From Octopus vulgaris (taxonomy: Eukaryota), in NCBI GenBank assembly GCA_951406725.2, contig OX597818.1, positions 143,096,001 to 143,160,000 of the forward strand: 64,000 bases of DNA, given 5' to 3'. The stretch's first letter is position 1. Every line of letters begins with the position of its first letter. Shown here one piece after another: positions 48,585-60,944 of the stretch. The notes under the pieces were generated by a model. That model was given only the letters and a program-made list of their open reading frames with translations, had not been told where the DNA came from and made no database searches. The translations under genes were made by a program, and so were the position numbers.

Positions 48585-51518
48585 GTATGTATGTATGTAT
48601 GTAATATATGCACACATATATATACATATACATGTGTGTGTGTATGTGTCACACTTTTGCTAAAAATCTGTTGCGATGAATGTACCAACAAAAAAAAATC
48701 TATTTTATTAAATTGTAAAAAAAAAAAAATTAATATTACACACCCACCCTCAAAATTATCTAAGATTTTAACAAAAAACACAAAATTGATAAATCTTTAA
48801 TTCATTTTGTCATGCATAAATTCCATAATAATGTTTTCAGCCACAACAGTTTGGGGATATAACTTCTTCACTATTTAAATTACAAACACAATCCATGAAA
48901 CCTCAGGCCAGATATTAAATGGATACAATTTATTTGCTATTATAATTAAAGAGGTCAACAAGTTTTTCTCTGTGCAGTAATTTCTCTTTATGTTCTATTT
49001 ATTTTCTTTATATTAATTTGGTTAATAATAGAAGAGTCCTAAATTAACACAAGTGGTCTGAGTCACATCCCACACAGTTCTTGGTCTTATCTTGATCATG
49101 TAGAGGAAAATGTCAAAAGTGGAATAAGAAGCCTATTTTGGATCATACACTATTAGTCATTTCCCTCCTGCTAAACACTTTCTACCATTAAGCCTAATCA
49201 ATAAATAAATTATGAACATTAGAGGAGATTCAATGTAAAGCTGAATTAATTTAATATAGCAGCCAAATCCTATCTGGTTTGTTCCTTTAATTGTTGAATA
49301 TTCACTTTCCTTCTCCTTGTTTCTCTATCTCTCTCTATATACATATATCTACTAATCTCTAACTTACAAACAATATAGAGGATTATGCATTATTAGATAA
49401 TATTGTACACAAACAAAATAAAAATGATCGTAAAAGACAAGAATACAGTCATCAGTCAAAGTGTATTAAGCTCTTAAGCAAAACACTCGCATTTACTTAA
49501 ATGAATATTTTAAAGATTCAGTTAAGCCAGATTTAAGGACAAAATGATTGATTAGTAGGAGAGTTGTTGTCTAAAATAAAGTAATATTGAGATGATCTTA
49601 TGAATCAGACCACCTGTTGTATGTAAGATTATGAGATAGTCAAGGAAATGAAAACTACCTACTGGGGACCCTTTGATGGTCAAGGGAATCAGAACTACTT
49701 ACTATGGACCCTGAGATGATTGAGTGAATAAGGACTTTCTGCAGTAGACCAGATCATCATCATCATCATCACCATTTCCTCCAAGTTTGAGACCTTGCGT
49801 TAATCTACGTAAGATTTCTTGGGGATCCACAGTAGTATTTTAAGGGTCCATAAAAAGATTTGATTTGAATGTATGTATAGTAAGAGACAGCTAGGTTTCT
49901 TTCTTTAACATTGCTGGCATGAGTCGGATGGTTTAACAAAAGCTGGCAAACCAGAAGACTGCACCGACCTCTACTGTCTGCTTCGGTATCGTTTCTACTA
50001 CTGGTGCCTTTCCTAATGCTAACCACTATCGCTTTACAGAGTGTACTGGGTGCTTTTTATGTGGCACTAGCACCAGCAATTAAACCAAGTAAATTGCAAA
50101 ACATGACTCCTTGACTGAGGGATGGGTAGTTATAAGGAAGGTGGTGTTGTGCAAGGTAATGAGAAGTTAGAGTGTGATAGAAGAACAGAAACAGGTGTCT
50201 TGCTGTAGAGGGGATACAGATAGCCAAGTTAATCCAGAGTGCCTATTGTATACTCTGAGATGGTCAAGTAAATCAGTGTCTATGTAAAGGCAGGCTTTGT
50301 AGAGAGAAGGACAAAATGAACTGAGATCAGTAGAGTGAGAGGCCTGGTAGTGCAGGTGCCATAAGATAGGATCCTGTGATCAATGTTAACCATTTATCAG
50401 TTCATATATGTGCAGGCCTGAGCAAGATTGTTTGAGGAAGACTATAAGGTGCCTATACATTCAAGTCTTCCCTCAACATACTAATGACATTATTAAAAGA
50501 AAAGGTCACCAACTTGCACCACAGGAGCCTGACACCAGTATCAATACAAGTATTGCTGTCAAAATGCTAAGAACCAGAACAGATCTGTCAAACCACTGCC
50601 TTGGATGCTACTTTTTTTTTTTATTGCCCCTGAAAGGATGAAAGGTAAAACTGACCTTGACAAAATGCATTACAGTATTTAGTTATATGACTCTAAGTGC
50701 TAAGTTCAAATCTTACCAGAGTGACTTTACCTTTCATCCTTCTAGGTTTGTTAAAATAAATTACCAGTGAGGTATTGAGGAGTGGGGTGTCAATTTAACT
50801 GATTGTTCCCTGTGTGACCTTGTGTATATTTTAGTTGTTGAGTAGATACAACAGAACAGATCAGTGAAAATGGAATGGAGTCAGTTCAATGGTTGTGAGC
50901 TATTTTGTAAGATCCATCTTCTGAGCTCATTGGACAACTTTACCATTCGTTTTTTTAAGAAATTAATAAAATAAATACTAGCGATGTGCATGTGAAGCGA
51001 CTCCACCTTCCTCCAAATTTGAGACCTTGTGTTAATCTACGTAAGATTTCTTGGGGATCCACAGTAGTATTTTAAGGGTCCATAAAAAGATTTGATTTGA
51101 ATGTATGTATAGTAAGAGACAGCTAGGTTTCTTTCTTTAACATTGTACATAATTCAAACTATAGAAGTGAATGAGGGAATTACAAAATAGTAATTTTGAA
51201 AGAAGTATCTATCAAATTAGTTCTTTAAAACACTGAATGGCTATGAGGGTCTACCACAGTGAAATTGTAATCGAAGGGGCCCATAGGAAAAAATGGTTCA
51301 CAACCACTGGGTTAAGTAATGTAAAGGACTAATTCCCTCCCTCAAAATTTCCAGGCCTTGTGCCTCTGCTAGAAACAATAAGGCTGGTGGATTGGTAGAC
51401 ATGTTAGAGTCAGAAAAAATACCTTGTGGTATTTGTTCTGGCTCTTTACATATTGCGTTCAAACCCCACTGAGGTCAACTTTGCTGTTCATCCTTTTGTG
51501 GGGGCGATAAAAATACAG

Positions 51519-51926
51519 GGATCTTTTCGGTTTGAACGGCAGTTTTTTACATAATTTCTAGGTAACTAAAAAATTTTAAACTTTGTATACTGGTAGAATG
51601 TGTTTATAAAACATCTTTTTCTCTTGGCTTTATTGAGAAAATTCTATAGGTTGTAAGATATTTGTTGTTTTTTTTCTTCAATTTCTGCAATTTCAACCAA
51701 TCACTGACGTCTATTGAGGTAAAAACATTCTATGCTGTATTAATATGTCCCTCGTTTAAGAAACAGATTGGGTTTATTTACATTTGTGAAGAAAAAAGAT
51801 ACCCTTCCGCTAACCCTAACTATAAAACAGATTGAAATGCAATAGATCGATACTAGGGTCATAATTATGGATGACAATTTCATATGACACCGCTAGAAAA
51901 AACTGCCGCTCAAACCGAAAAGATCC
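51519..51926. mobile_element. MITE with ~30-bp GG-terminal TIRs and 8-bp TSD (Merlin/MULE/hAT-like)
   Basis: TIR ggatcttttcggtttgaacggcagtttttt / aaaaaactgccgctcaaaccgaaaagatcc; TSD aaatacag on both sides; interrupts a SINE. Confidence 0.88.
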
Positions 51927-53567
51927 AAATACAGTACCAGTCAAGTACTAGGTTTGATTATATTGACTAAGTACGTTTCCCCTAAAATTGCTGGCCTTAA
52001 GTCAAATTATAAACACTGCTACTACTACTACTACTACTACTATCTTCTAACTTTAAAAGAAAATAGGAGTAAAATATTGGAATATATGTCAAACGAAATT
52101 TAATACTTGAATCATAATTTAAAATGAATACATTTCTGGAAGAATCAAAATTCGAAAACAATCCGTCGTCAGCACCTTCGCCATCTTCTTTTTCTTTTCT
52201 TTTTTTTTTTTTTCTCAATGGTGACTTTAACCCCAGTTTAGGAGAAAAAGAAAAAAAGGGGGAAAATGGGGATAACATAGTTTGGTTGAAGAGAATAGCT
52301 TAACGTCAGCATCTGGTCTAGATTTAAACAACTAAAAAATATGTTCAACCACTACGACTAATTCTGAGGAAGGAATAAGGGAAATTAGAGGTGATGACGG
52401 GGATGATGACGGGGATGAGGCCGACGTTCCTGTGGCTGATGCCGATGATGATGATGATGATGTAATTATTCAAGTTGCGTGTAGGGAACTTAATGCAAGC
52501 TGTCGTAATGGTAGAGAGGATGGTGGTGACGGTGGTAGCAAGTGGTGGTGTTGCTGGCGGGGTAATTTAGACACGAACCTGTTAAGTGTGTGTGTGTGTG
52601 TGTGTACGTGCGTGTAACTTCGTGTATGTGTACGGGCAAGCAGTAGCTGCCTGTGTGTGTATATGTGCATGTGTAGTTTTGTAAGTAAGCATGTGTGTAT
52701 GTAGATAGTTTTATACACGAGCCTATGTGCGTGCGTGCGTGTGTGTGTGTGTGTGTGTGAGCGTGTGTGTAGATTTGTTTTATACATAAGCATACGCGTG
52801 TGGGAATGCTTGAAAATGCATGTAAAAAGAGAAACGAGCATGTGTGGTGTATATGTTTATAAGCAAGTATAAACACAAGCCTTTATAAATGCAATATGCA
52901 TGGGGTTTTTAAAAGATAATAATAATAAAAAAAACCCAACTAATGTACATTCACGTTTGTACTTGCTTATTAAATATAATGAATGTCTGTGCGACTGCAA
53001 GTATGTGTGTGTGTATGTGTGTATGTATGACTGTACGTGTGTGAGTGCGTATGAGGAGTTTGTGCGCGCGCTCTCAGACCTAAATAATAAAAATGACCTA
53101 CTGTGGTAGAAAATGTGTCTCGGCTCCTTCATGCACAACTGCGCGCACGCACAGACACACACATACATACATACATACATACATACACGCATACACATAC
53201 AGGAGACAGAAGGAGAAATACATATCGTCAATATATATATGTAAACCGTAGAAGATCCTGTCTACAGAATTAAGGAATAATTTAAAGTTTCCTTCATTAA
53301 ATACTACACAGCATAAGCCAAACGCTCCACTTTCTAGAAATGGTAATCAAAATCTGCCTCAAATTACTTGTTAACCGTCTTAAAGCATAAACAAGACATT
53401 GTAAATCCCTTGACATGTACACATACATACATAGATATACATACATATACATACACAACCGGCAGGAGTTACAGAGTGACTCAATGAGCGAAAGTTTCGT
53501 CCATTGCCCATATACAAAACTTTCGATCCCTGAGTCATTATGTAACTTTTGCCGATTATTAATAATC

Positions 53568-53603
<36 letters not shown>

Positions 53604-53604
<1 letters not shown>

Positions 53605-54000
53605 TAGCAGTATCGCCCGGTGTTGCTCGGGTTTGTAAGGGAAATAACTATATAAGCATTTTTAGAGAGTTATAGCCAAAAAATAGCAAAAAAATGCATT
53701 AAAAATGGAAAAAAAATTATGGTAATTTTTTTTTAAATCGTTGACTCATCGTAGACATTTTTAGAGAGTTACTTCCCTTATATAATAGCGAAAAAATGCA
53801 TTAAAATGGAAAAAAATGATGGTAAATTATTTTTAAAATCGTAGACTCATCGTAGACGCGCGCTAATACCCAGAAGGGCTCGATATGAATCACGACTATA
53901 AGATACCCGGTTTTGGTTAAACTGCACCGCAAAATGTGGGAGTAGTTAGGAATCTAAATCGTAGGGGACAAACACACAACCTCACTTTTATATATAAAGA
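53604..54000 (-). mobile_element. Non-autonomous Helitron (second family)
   Basis: On the minus strand: a|TCTTTATATATAAAAG start, cccgagcaacaccggg hairpin, then CTAG|t. Confidence 0.78.
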
Positions 54001-54009
54001 TATATGCAT

Positions 54010-54202
54010 ATATCAAAAATGGGGAAGACCGGTTTATGGGATTACCTTAGGTTTCCGGTCCATAAAGGGTTTTAGCTTTATTGGCATATCGTCAGATCCC
54101 AAAAACCTGTTGGCCCATGACGACATGCCATAAAGCTAAACCCCTTATGAACGGGAAACATAAAGTAATCCCATAACCCAGCCTTCCCCATTTTTAATAT
54201 AT
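54010..54202. mobile_element. Foldback/MITE (imperfect ~80-bp inverted arms)
   Basis: aaaaatggggaag...ttatgggattac...tttagctttat pairs with ataaagctaaa...gtaatcccataa...cttcccattttt; TA flanks. Confidence 0.75.
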
Positions 54203-54281
54203 ACTGCTCTACATCATAGAGCGTGCTTCTTCTTTCGGATTTATGTTTTCTACAAACGATATATATATATATATATATACG

Positions 54282-54491
54282 CAGTAATTCCTCGCCATAT
54301 CGCGGTTTATTATTTAAGCTTATGCCAATTCCTCCACGGTGTTGTTTTGCATTTATAATAAAATAAATATATACAAATTATAAAACAAAATAATAAAAAA
54401 TATACAGTAATGTACTGTTTCTACTTCGCGGATTTTCACCTATCGCGGGGGATTTTGGAACATAGCACCCGCGATAGTCGCGGGATTACTG
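54282..54491. mobile_element. pogo/Tigger-like MITE
   Basis: TIRs cagtaattcctcgccatatcgcgg / ccgcgatagtcgcgggattactg, TA context. Confidence 0.7.
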
Positions 54492-54504
54492 TATATATAT
54501 ATAT

Positions 54505-54716
54505 ATTTCTTTACTGCCTACAAGGGGCTAAATACAGAGGGGAGAAACAAGGACAGACGAAGGGGTTGAGTCGATTATATCGACCCCAGTGCGAAATTGG
54601 TACTTTATTTATCGACCCCGAAAGGATGAAAGGCAAAGTCGACCTCGGCGGAATTTGAACTCAGAACGTAACGACAGACGAAATACCGCTAAGCATTTCA
54701 CCCGGCGTGCTAACGT
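54505..54716 (-). mobile_element. SINE (same family as 233-464)
   Basis: tcgaccccgaaaggatgaaaggcaaagtcgacctcggcggaatttgaactcag; further copies at 56180-56380, 56850-57030 and 59850-60030. Confidence 0.85.
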
Positions 54717-57049
54717 GTGTCTGTATGTGTATGTGTGTGTGTGTATGTATGTATTATACACACACACTCATGTTTTGAGTTCTATTTTCCTGACTACATC
54801 AGCAAACCCATGTGTATAAGTGTTGGAGGGGGCAACCTTTTCATCATAGACTGGCCCTTTTGATTAAGGTAAACTTGGGGGTCAAGCAACCACATTGACG
54901 GTAAAATATCATTATCGTCAGAAAAGGGAGAGTGTCTATGTTGTCGCTCTATAACATACGTTATAGAACTGGAATACGCAATTAAACACAAATCAAAATT
55001 AGTTGTAAATAATCTAAAAACCAGTACTAATTATCATTCTTTAGATTTGTATAAATGGCCACTTATTATTGACATGGCAAACACTAATACTATGGCATAT
55101 AAAACCCGAAAGACAAGAAACCAAAATCCAGTCTTCTTCGTGCTAATTAATGATAGTTATTAAATGACCATTTATAATAAATATTTTGAGTTACATATCA
55201 GTGTCCATTTTAGTGTGAAGAGTCATCAATTTGTTTTCTACCCGGATTGAAATACAAATGTCCTCCTTTATTTAAAATATTATAATGTATACTATTTTAT
55301 TCTAAACTAGTTCGTGTCATGGGAGTGGGCGAGGAAGTAGAGTTAAAGAAAATACAATTTCTTACTAGACAAGTTGTCAAATTGTAGAAGTAAAGACAGA
55401 CTAAGTGTAGATACACGTATACATGTATACATGCATGCAATACATACAAACATATATACATAAATACAAATGTACATACATACATGCGTACATACACTTA
55501 CATGCATACATATAAACATGTTTACAAACGTATATACACATATACATATAAAACATACATACATACATACATTAGGTTTCTATTTCATTAAAAAGAAAGA
55601 ACAAACAATAAACTGCGTGAAATGAGATGTTGTTTAACTCTAAGTTAACCCTGATTAATCAGATCAAGTAATGACCATGCCGGCTTTTCATTTATGCTCT
55701 ATCTCAGACTACACCATTCAGTGTGTTCTACCTTTTTTTTTTATTAAAAAAATGGTAGGGTGTTATTTAAATGAAATTTAGTCATATGAAGCAAGTTGAG
55801 CCCGCTTAGAGGTCGTTCCTTGTTAGATCATAAAAGTTCATATGTTGTAGGGAGAAGCTGAATGGTGGCATTTGGACTCGGCTCTTTGAAGAGATGAGAA
55901 AGAATATAGAGAACAACTGTGAAGATGGCTTTGGCTTTCATCCTTCCGGGCTCGATAAAATAAGTACCAGTTGAGGACTGGGGTTGATGTAATCGATTAG
56001 CCCTCTCCCACCAAATTTCAGTCCTTGTACATACAGCAGATAGGATTATTATTATTATTATTATGGTAGTGGTGACAAGCTCGTAGAAACGCTAACACAC
56101 CAGACTTACTGGCATTTCATTCTAGTCTTCATGATCTGAGTTCTAATTCCACTAATTTCAGGGGCCGATAAAATAAAGTACCTATTTCTTTATTGCCCAC
56201 AAGGGACTAAACATAGAGGGGACAAACAACGACAGGCATAGGGATTAAGTCGATTACATCGACCTCAGTGCGTAACTGGTACTTAATTTATCGACCCCGA
56301 AAGGATGAAAGGTAAAGTCGACCTCGGCGGAATTTGAACTCACAACGTAACGGCAGACGAATACGGCTACGCATTTCGCACTCAAGTACTGGGGTTTCAA
56401 CCAACTACCCTCTCCCCTCAAAATTACTGACATTGTGCGAAAATTAAAAGAAATGTAATTATTATAGGGACAAGCAGGCAGAAATCAACCTTGCCCTTCG
56501 TCCTTCGGGTACCGATAAAATTAAAGTACCAGTAAAATACCGGTGTCAATAGAATCGACACTTCCCTTCCCTCAAAACTGCTGGTTTCTGCCTAAATTAG
56601 TAACCATTGAGGGCACTTGCCCTAGTGGTCGGGCGACCATGGTTTTGTGGGGTCCCCACGAGCAGCCCTATGTAGTCTTTCCCTTTTGGGGAATTATTCA
56701 TTATTATAACTTCCAGTTGTTACTGTTTTTGTTTTGTTTTTTACTTTTTGCACGCCTTTCATATAACCCCACATTGTATTGTCACTGATGTTGTAGACCC
56801 TTAATAGTTAATAAAAAAAAAAGAAAATATTATTATTATTATCATTATTATTTAAGGTAGCGAGCTGACAAAATCAGGTTTTGCGTTCTAAGTTCAAATT
56901 CCATTGAGGCTGACTTTTCTTTTCATCCTTTCGAGGTCGATAAAAGTACCAGTTGCGCACTGGGGTCGATGTAATCGACTAGTCTCCTCCAACGAAAAAT
57001 TCAGGTCTTGTATCTTTTAGTAGAAAGGATTATTATTATTATTATTATT

Positions 57050-57212
57050 AGGCGCAGGAGTGGCTGTTTGGTAAGTATCTTGCTTACCAACCACATGGTT
57101 CCGGGTTCAGTCCCACTGCGTGGCATCTTGGGCAAGTGTCTTCTACTATAGCCTCGGACAGACCAAAGCCTTGTGAGTGGATTTGGTAGACGGAAACTGA
57201 AAGAAGCCCGTC

Positions 57213-57272
<60 letters not shown>

Positions 57273-57467
57273 ATGTCTGTGTGTATACGTTTATGTGTCG
57301 CTTGACAACCGCTGCTGGTGTGTTCACGTCCCCGTAACTTAGAATAAGTTACCGATAGAATAAGTACTGGGCTTACAAGGAATAAGTCCCGGGGTCGATT
57401 TGCTCGACGAAAGGCGGTGCTCCAGCATGGCCGCAGTCAAATGACTGAAACAAGTAAAAGAGTAAAG
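57050..57467 (+). mobile_element. tRNA-derived SINE (same family as 42011)
   Basis: Colinear with 42011-42421, inserted after an (ATT)n tract. Confidence 0.88.
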
Positions 57468-59239
57468 TGTATTATCGAGTTAATGCCTTGTAGTATTTAG
57501 CTGTCAATTCAAATCCCGCCGGGGTCAACTTGGTCTTTCATCCTCCCACGGTGGATAAAATAAAATCCCAGTTAAATATTGGGAGTTGATGTAACTGACC
57601 AACGCTTACCCTAAAAATCAACTAAATAAACAACAATTATTATTAGAGAAAATACCTATTATTTTTCCGTCCCCCCCCCCCATTCTGAGTTTAAATCCCA
57701 TCGAGATCGCTTTACTTCTCATTTTTCTAGGAGTCTATTAAATAAAGTACCAGCAAAGTACTTGAGATACTGGGTGGGAGTCGATGTAATCGACTAAGTA
57801 TTCCCCACTAATTTTTGGTCTTGTGCTAATGTCATAAATGCTTATTTAAGACGGTCGGGTGTTTTCAGAGTGATTTCGTTGCTATTACTAGCAGGTCGAG
57901 TGACTAAAGAGAGAGTCTCCTTTGCTAACTCATAAAAGTTAATGCCACAACCTTCCTCATAACAGAAATAACTAACAAAAACACAATAATACAATAAAAA
58001 AACAATCAACAAATAGCAAAGAAATTAATACTAACAGGGGTCAAATCCAAGAGTTCGCGTGGGTTAAATAATTAATTAGGTTGCCCTACTCTCAGGACGA
58101 GGGTCTGAATCCGCTGCAAGTATTTCGTTAAGGTCCTTCAAAATGAAAAGATCCCCTCTCCGTTCATAGCTTATCATCCGTTTACCAAACTGAAACTCAG
58201 CTACAAATCATATCTAAGAGTCAGACTTCAATACTGCCCGCCCCTTAAAGTATCCTTATCATTTCTAAAAGGTTTAAATGAACACAATTACTTATGAAGC
58301 TGCATCGCAGACCGCTTTGCACATTCAATTTATAATAAACATTTATGTATAGAAATAGAATATTTTCCCTCGTTGTTCTTATTGTTTTCAGTTCTACATC
58401 TCTTAGTTATATGGTTTTTCTGCATGAGAATATGTTTGTTTGATTTCTGTCTTGTTTGTTATTAAATGCCGTTATTTTTTTATGGTGTTTGGTCGTAACG
58501 GTTATGATGTTGTTCATGTTCTTGATGATGATGACGGTGATATATTTTTGTGCTATTGTTTGGTCGTAACAGTGGTGGTTGTGATAATGATGATGTTGAT
58601 ATCTTTTATCTTTGGCAGTCAGGAATTCTGATCGGTAACCAGGACAACCGAGTCATCCCAGCAGCTTTTAAATGTCAAATGGACGCAGTGGAAATGTCTT
58701 TCTTCGTAAAAACCACCACCACAATATCAACAGCGATGATGATGGTGATGATGATGACAACATTGCCAATTAAATGAAATTACATGGTAATGTCAAGCCA
58801 TACACCGTTCCCACCAAACCCTAAATAATACAGAAACTAAAACGGCAACAACAAACAAAGGGGAGTCTTTTACGTGGTTGCCAAACCTTCTAGAAATAAC
58901 AGTTACACCCCCCACAAATTAACACGCAATTGTTTAACACGCGCGCGCACCTGCTCACACATACAACGTACATTGTTGTTAATATGCCTGAAAAAAATCG
59001 AGGTGGTCATATATGGTTCGAATTGATAATAGACCTGCTCGATTGGGGTGGGGGGCTGACTTAGGGCTAATCACCAATCACACGGGAAACGCAGCAACTG
59101 CGATCTGACACTACTAATATTATCTCCATACAGTGTCAGACGGAAAACACACCAGATGCTTTGAATGGAAACATTTGAATAAAATATCTTATTTAATTTA
59201 CATAAAGCATGAAAATATTGAAACCGGTGCAAGCACGAC

Positions 59240-59800
59240 ACAACACTACACATCCGCAAATTCACTACACGTCTAGAAATTCATTACGCTACACTTCTAC
59301 AAATACACTACACATCTAAAAATTCACTACAGCACACTTCTACAAATATACTACAGTATACATCTACAAATCCGCTATACTACACTTCTACGAATTTAAT
59401 ACATTTCTATTGTACAAATACACTACACTATACTTCTACAAATACATTACACTTTTCTAAATACGTTATAGTTCACCTCTACAAATTTACTACACTAAGC
59501 ATTTACAAGTACACTATACTTCTACGATTATGCTACACTTCTACAAGTTTATTACATTTCTACAAATTGACTGCACTACACTGTATTTCCACAGTAAACT
59601 TCAACGAATTCCTAAGACTACACTTCTACGAATACACTACACTGCACATCTACAAATTCACTACTACACTTCTACATATTCACAACACTACACTTCTACA
59701 AATATGCTACATTACACTGTGACAAATACACCGTGCTACTACAATCATTCACACTACATTTCTACAAATACATTACAACTACACCTCTCCAATCCTACAC
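59240..59800. repeat. Degenerate ~19-24 bp minisatellite (acactacacttctacaaat-like)
   Basis: Recurring cttctacaaat/cactacac motifs with strong G depletion on the + strand. Confidence 0.8.
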
Positions 59801-60429
59801 ACCAAGATACATTTTACAATGTATCATACGTCTCTATAGTATTTAGGATTAAGGCGGCGAGCGAGCAGAACTGTTAGCACGCTGTACAAAAATGCTTAGC
59901 GGCATTCCGTCCGTCTTTACGTTCTGAGTTCAAAATCCGCAGAGGTCGACTTCGCCTTTCATCCTTTCGGGGTCGATGTAATCGACTTCCTCACTCCCCC
60001 GAAATTGCTGGCCTTGTGCCAAAATTTGAAACCAATATTTAAGAGGATTGTCAGAATCACTAATGATAGAAATAGTACTAGCTATACGAGGTCAAGTTTG
60101 CTTTTTTATTCAATCAAGGGTCGACAAAATTAAGTATTATGAAATTACCAGAGTCGATTTAATCGGCTATCAGCTATCTCCTATAATTTGTGGCTTTGTG
60201 CAAACCCAGAGGTCGATATTTGAAGAATAAGTTTCAACCATCTCGAAAGACTCTTCTACGCAATTTCAGTTCAAGGTTTTTCTTGAAAAATTGGTTTAGG
60301 TTTGCATTTCTTGACGTTCTTAGTTCAATTTTCTCTTTTCCCTTCCAGAATCGAGATAAAAGCATCAGAAATAAGAGGGATTCTCCGTCGGCTCCGACAA
60401 TAAGCATTCACTTGTTTGGTCAACCGATC

Positions 60430-60742
60430 TGGCACCCCGTCGGGTACGACGACGAGGGTTCCAGTCGATCAGATCAACGGAACAGCTTGCTCGTGACATT
60501 AACGTGCAAGTGGCTGAGCACTCCACAGACACACGTACCCTTAATGTAGTCCACAGGGAACTTCAGCGTGACACAGCTGGCCATTTTGAAATACAGGTAC
60601 TACTCATTTTTGCTGGCTGAGTGGACTGAAGCAACGTGAAATGAAATGTCTTGCTCAAAGATACAACGCGTCGCCGGGAATTGAAAACACGACCTTACGA
60701 TCGAAAGCCGAATGCCCTAACCACTAAGCCACGCGCCTTCAC
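60430..60742 (-). mobile_element. tRNA-derived SINE sharing its 3' tail with 45516-45905
   Basis: Minus-strand head gtgaaggcgcgtggcttagtggttagggc...; tail ccgtcgg.tacgacga.gagggttcc shared with 45525. Confidence 0.85.
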
Positions 60743-60944
60743 TCAAATGATCTACCTTCACTCAAATGATCTACCTTCACTCAAATGATCGACCTTCACT
60801 CAAATGATCTACCTTCACTCAAATGATCGACCTTCACTCAAATGATCTACCTTCACTCAAATGATCGACCTTCACTCAAATGATCTACCTTCACTCAAAT
60901 GATCGACCTTCACTCAAATGATCTACCTTCACTCAAATGATCTA
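60736..60944. repeat. 19-bp minisatellite x11 (ccttcactcaaatgatc[t/g]a)
   Basis: Counted directly. Confidence 0.97.

Noticed and set aside
52380-52620. Asp/Gly-rich ORF (MADADDDDD...)
   Set aside because: (GAT)/(GGT) simple repeats grading into (GT)n; no coding evidence.
60736-60944. CRISPR-like array
   Set aside because: Contiguous repeats with no unique spacers; eukaryotic context.
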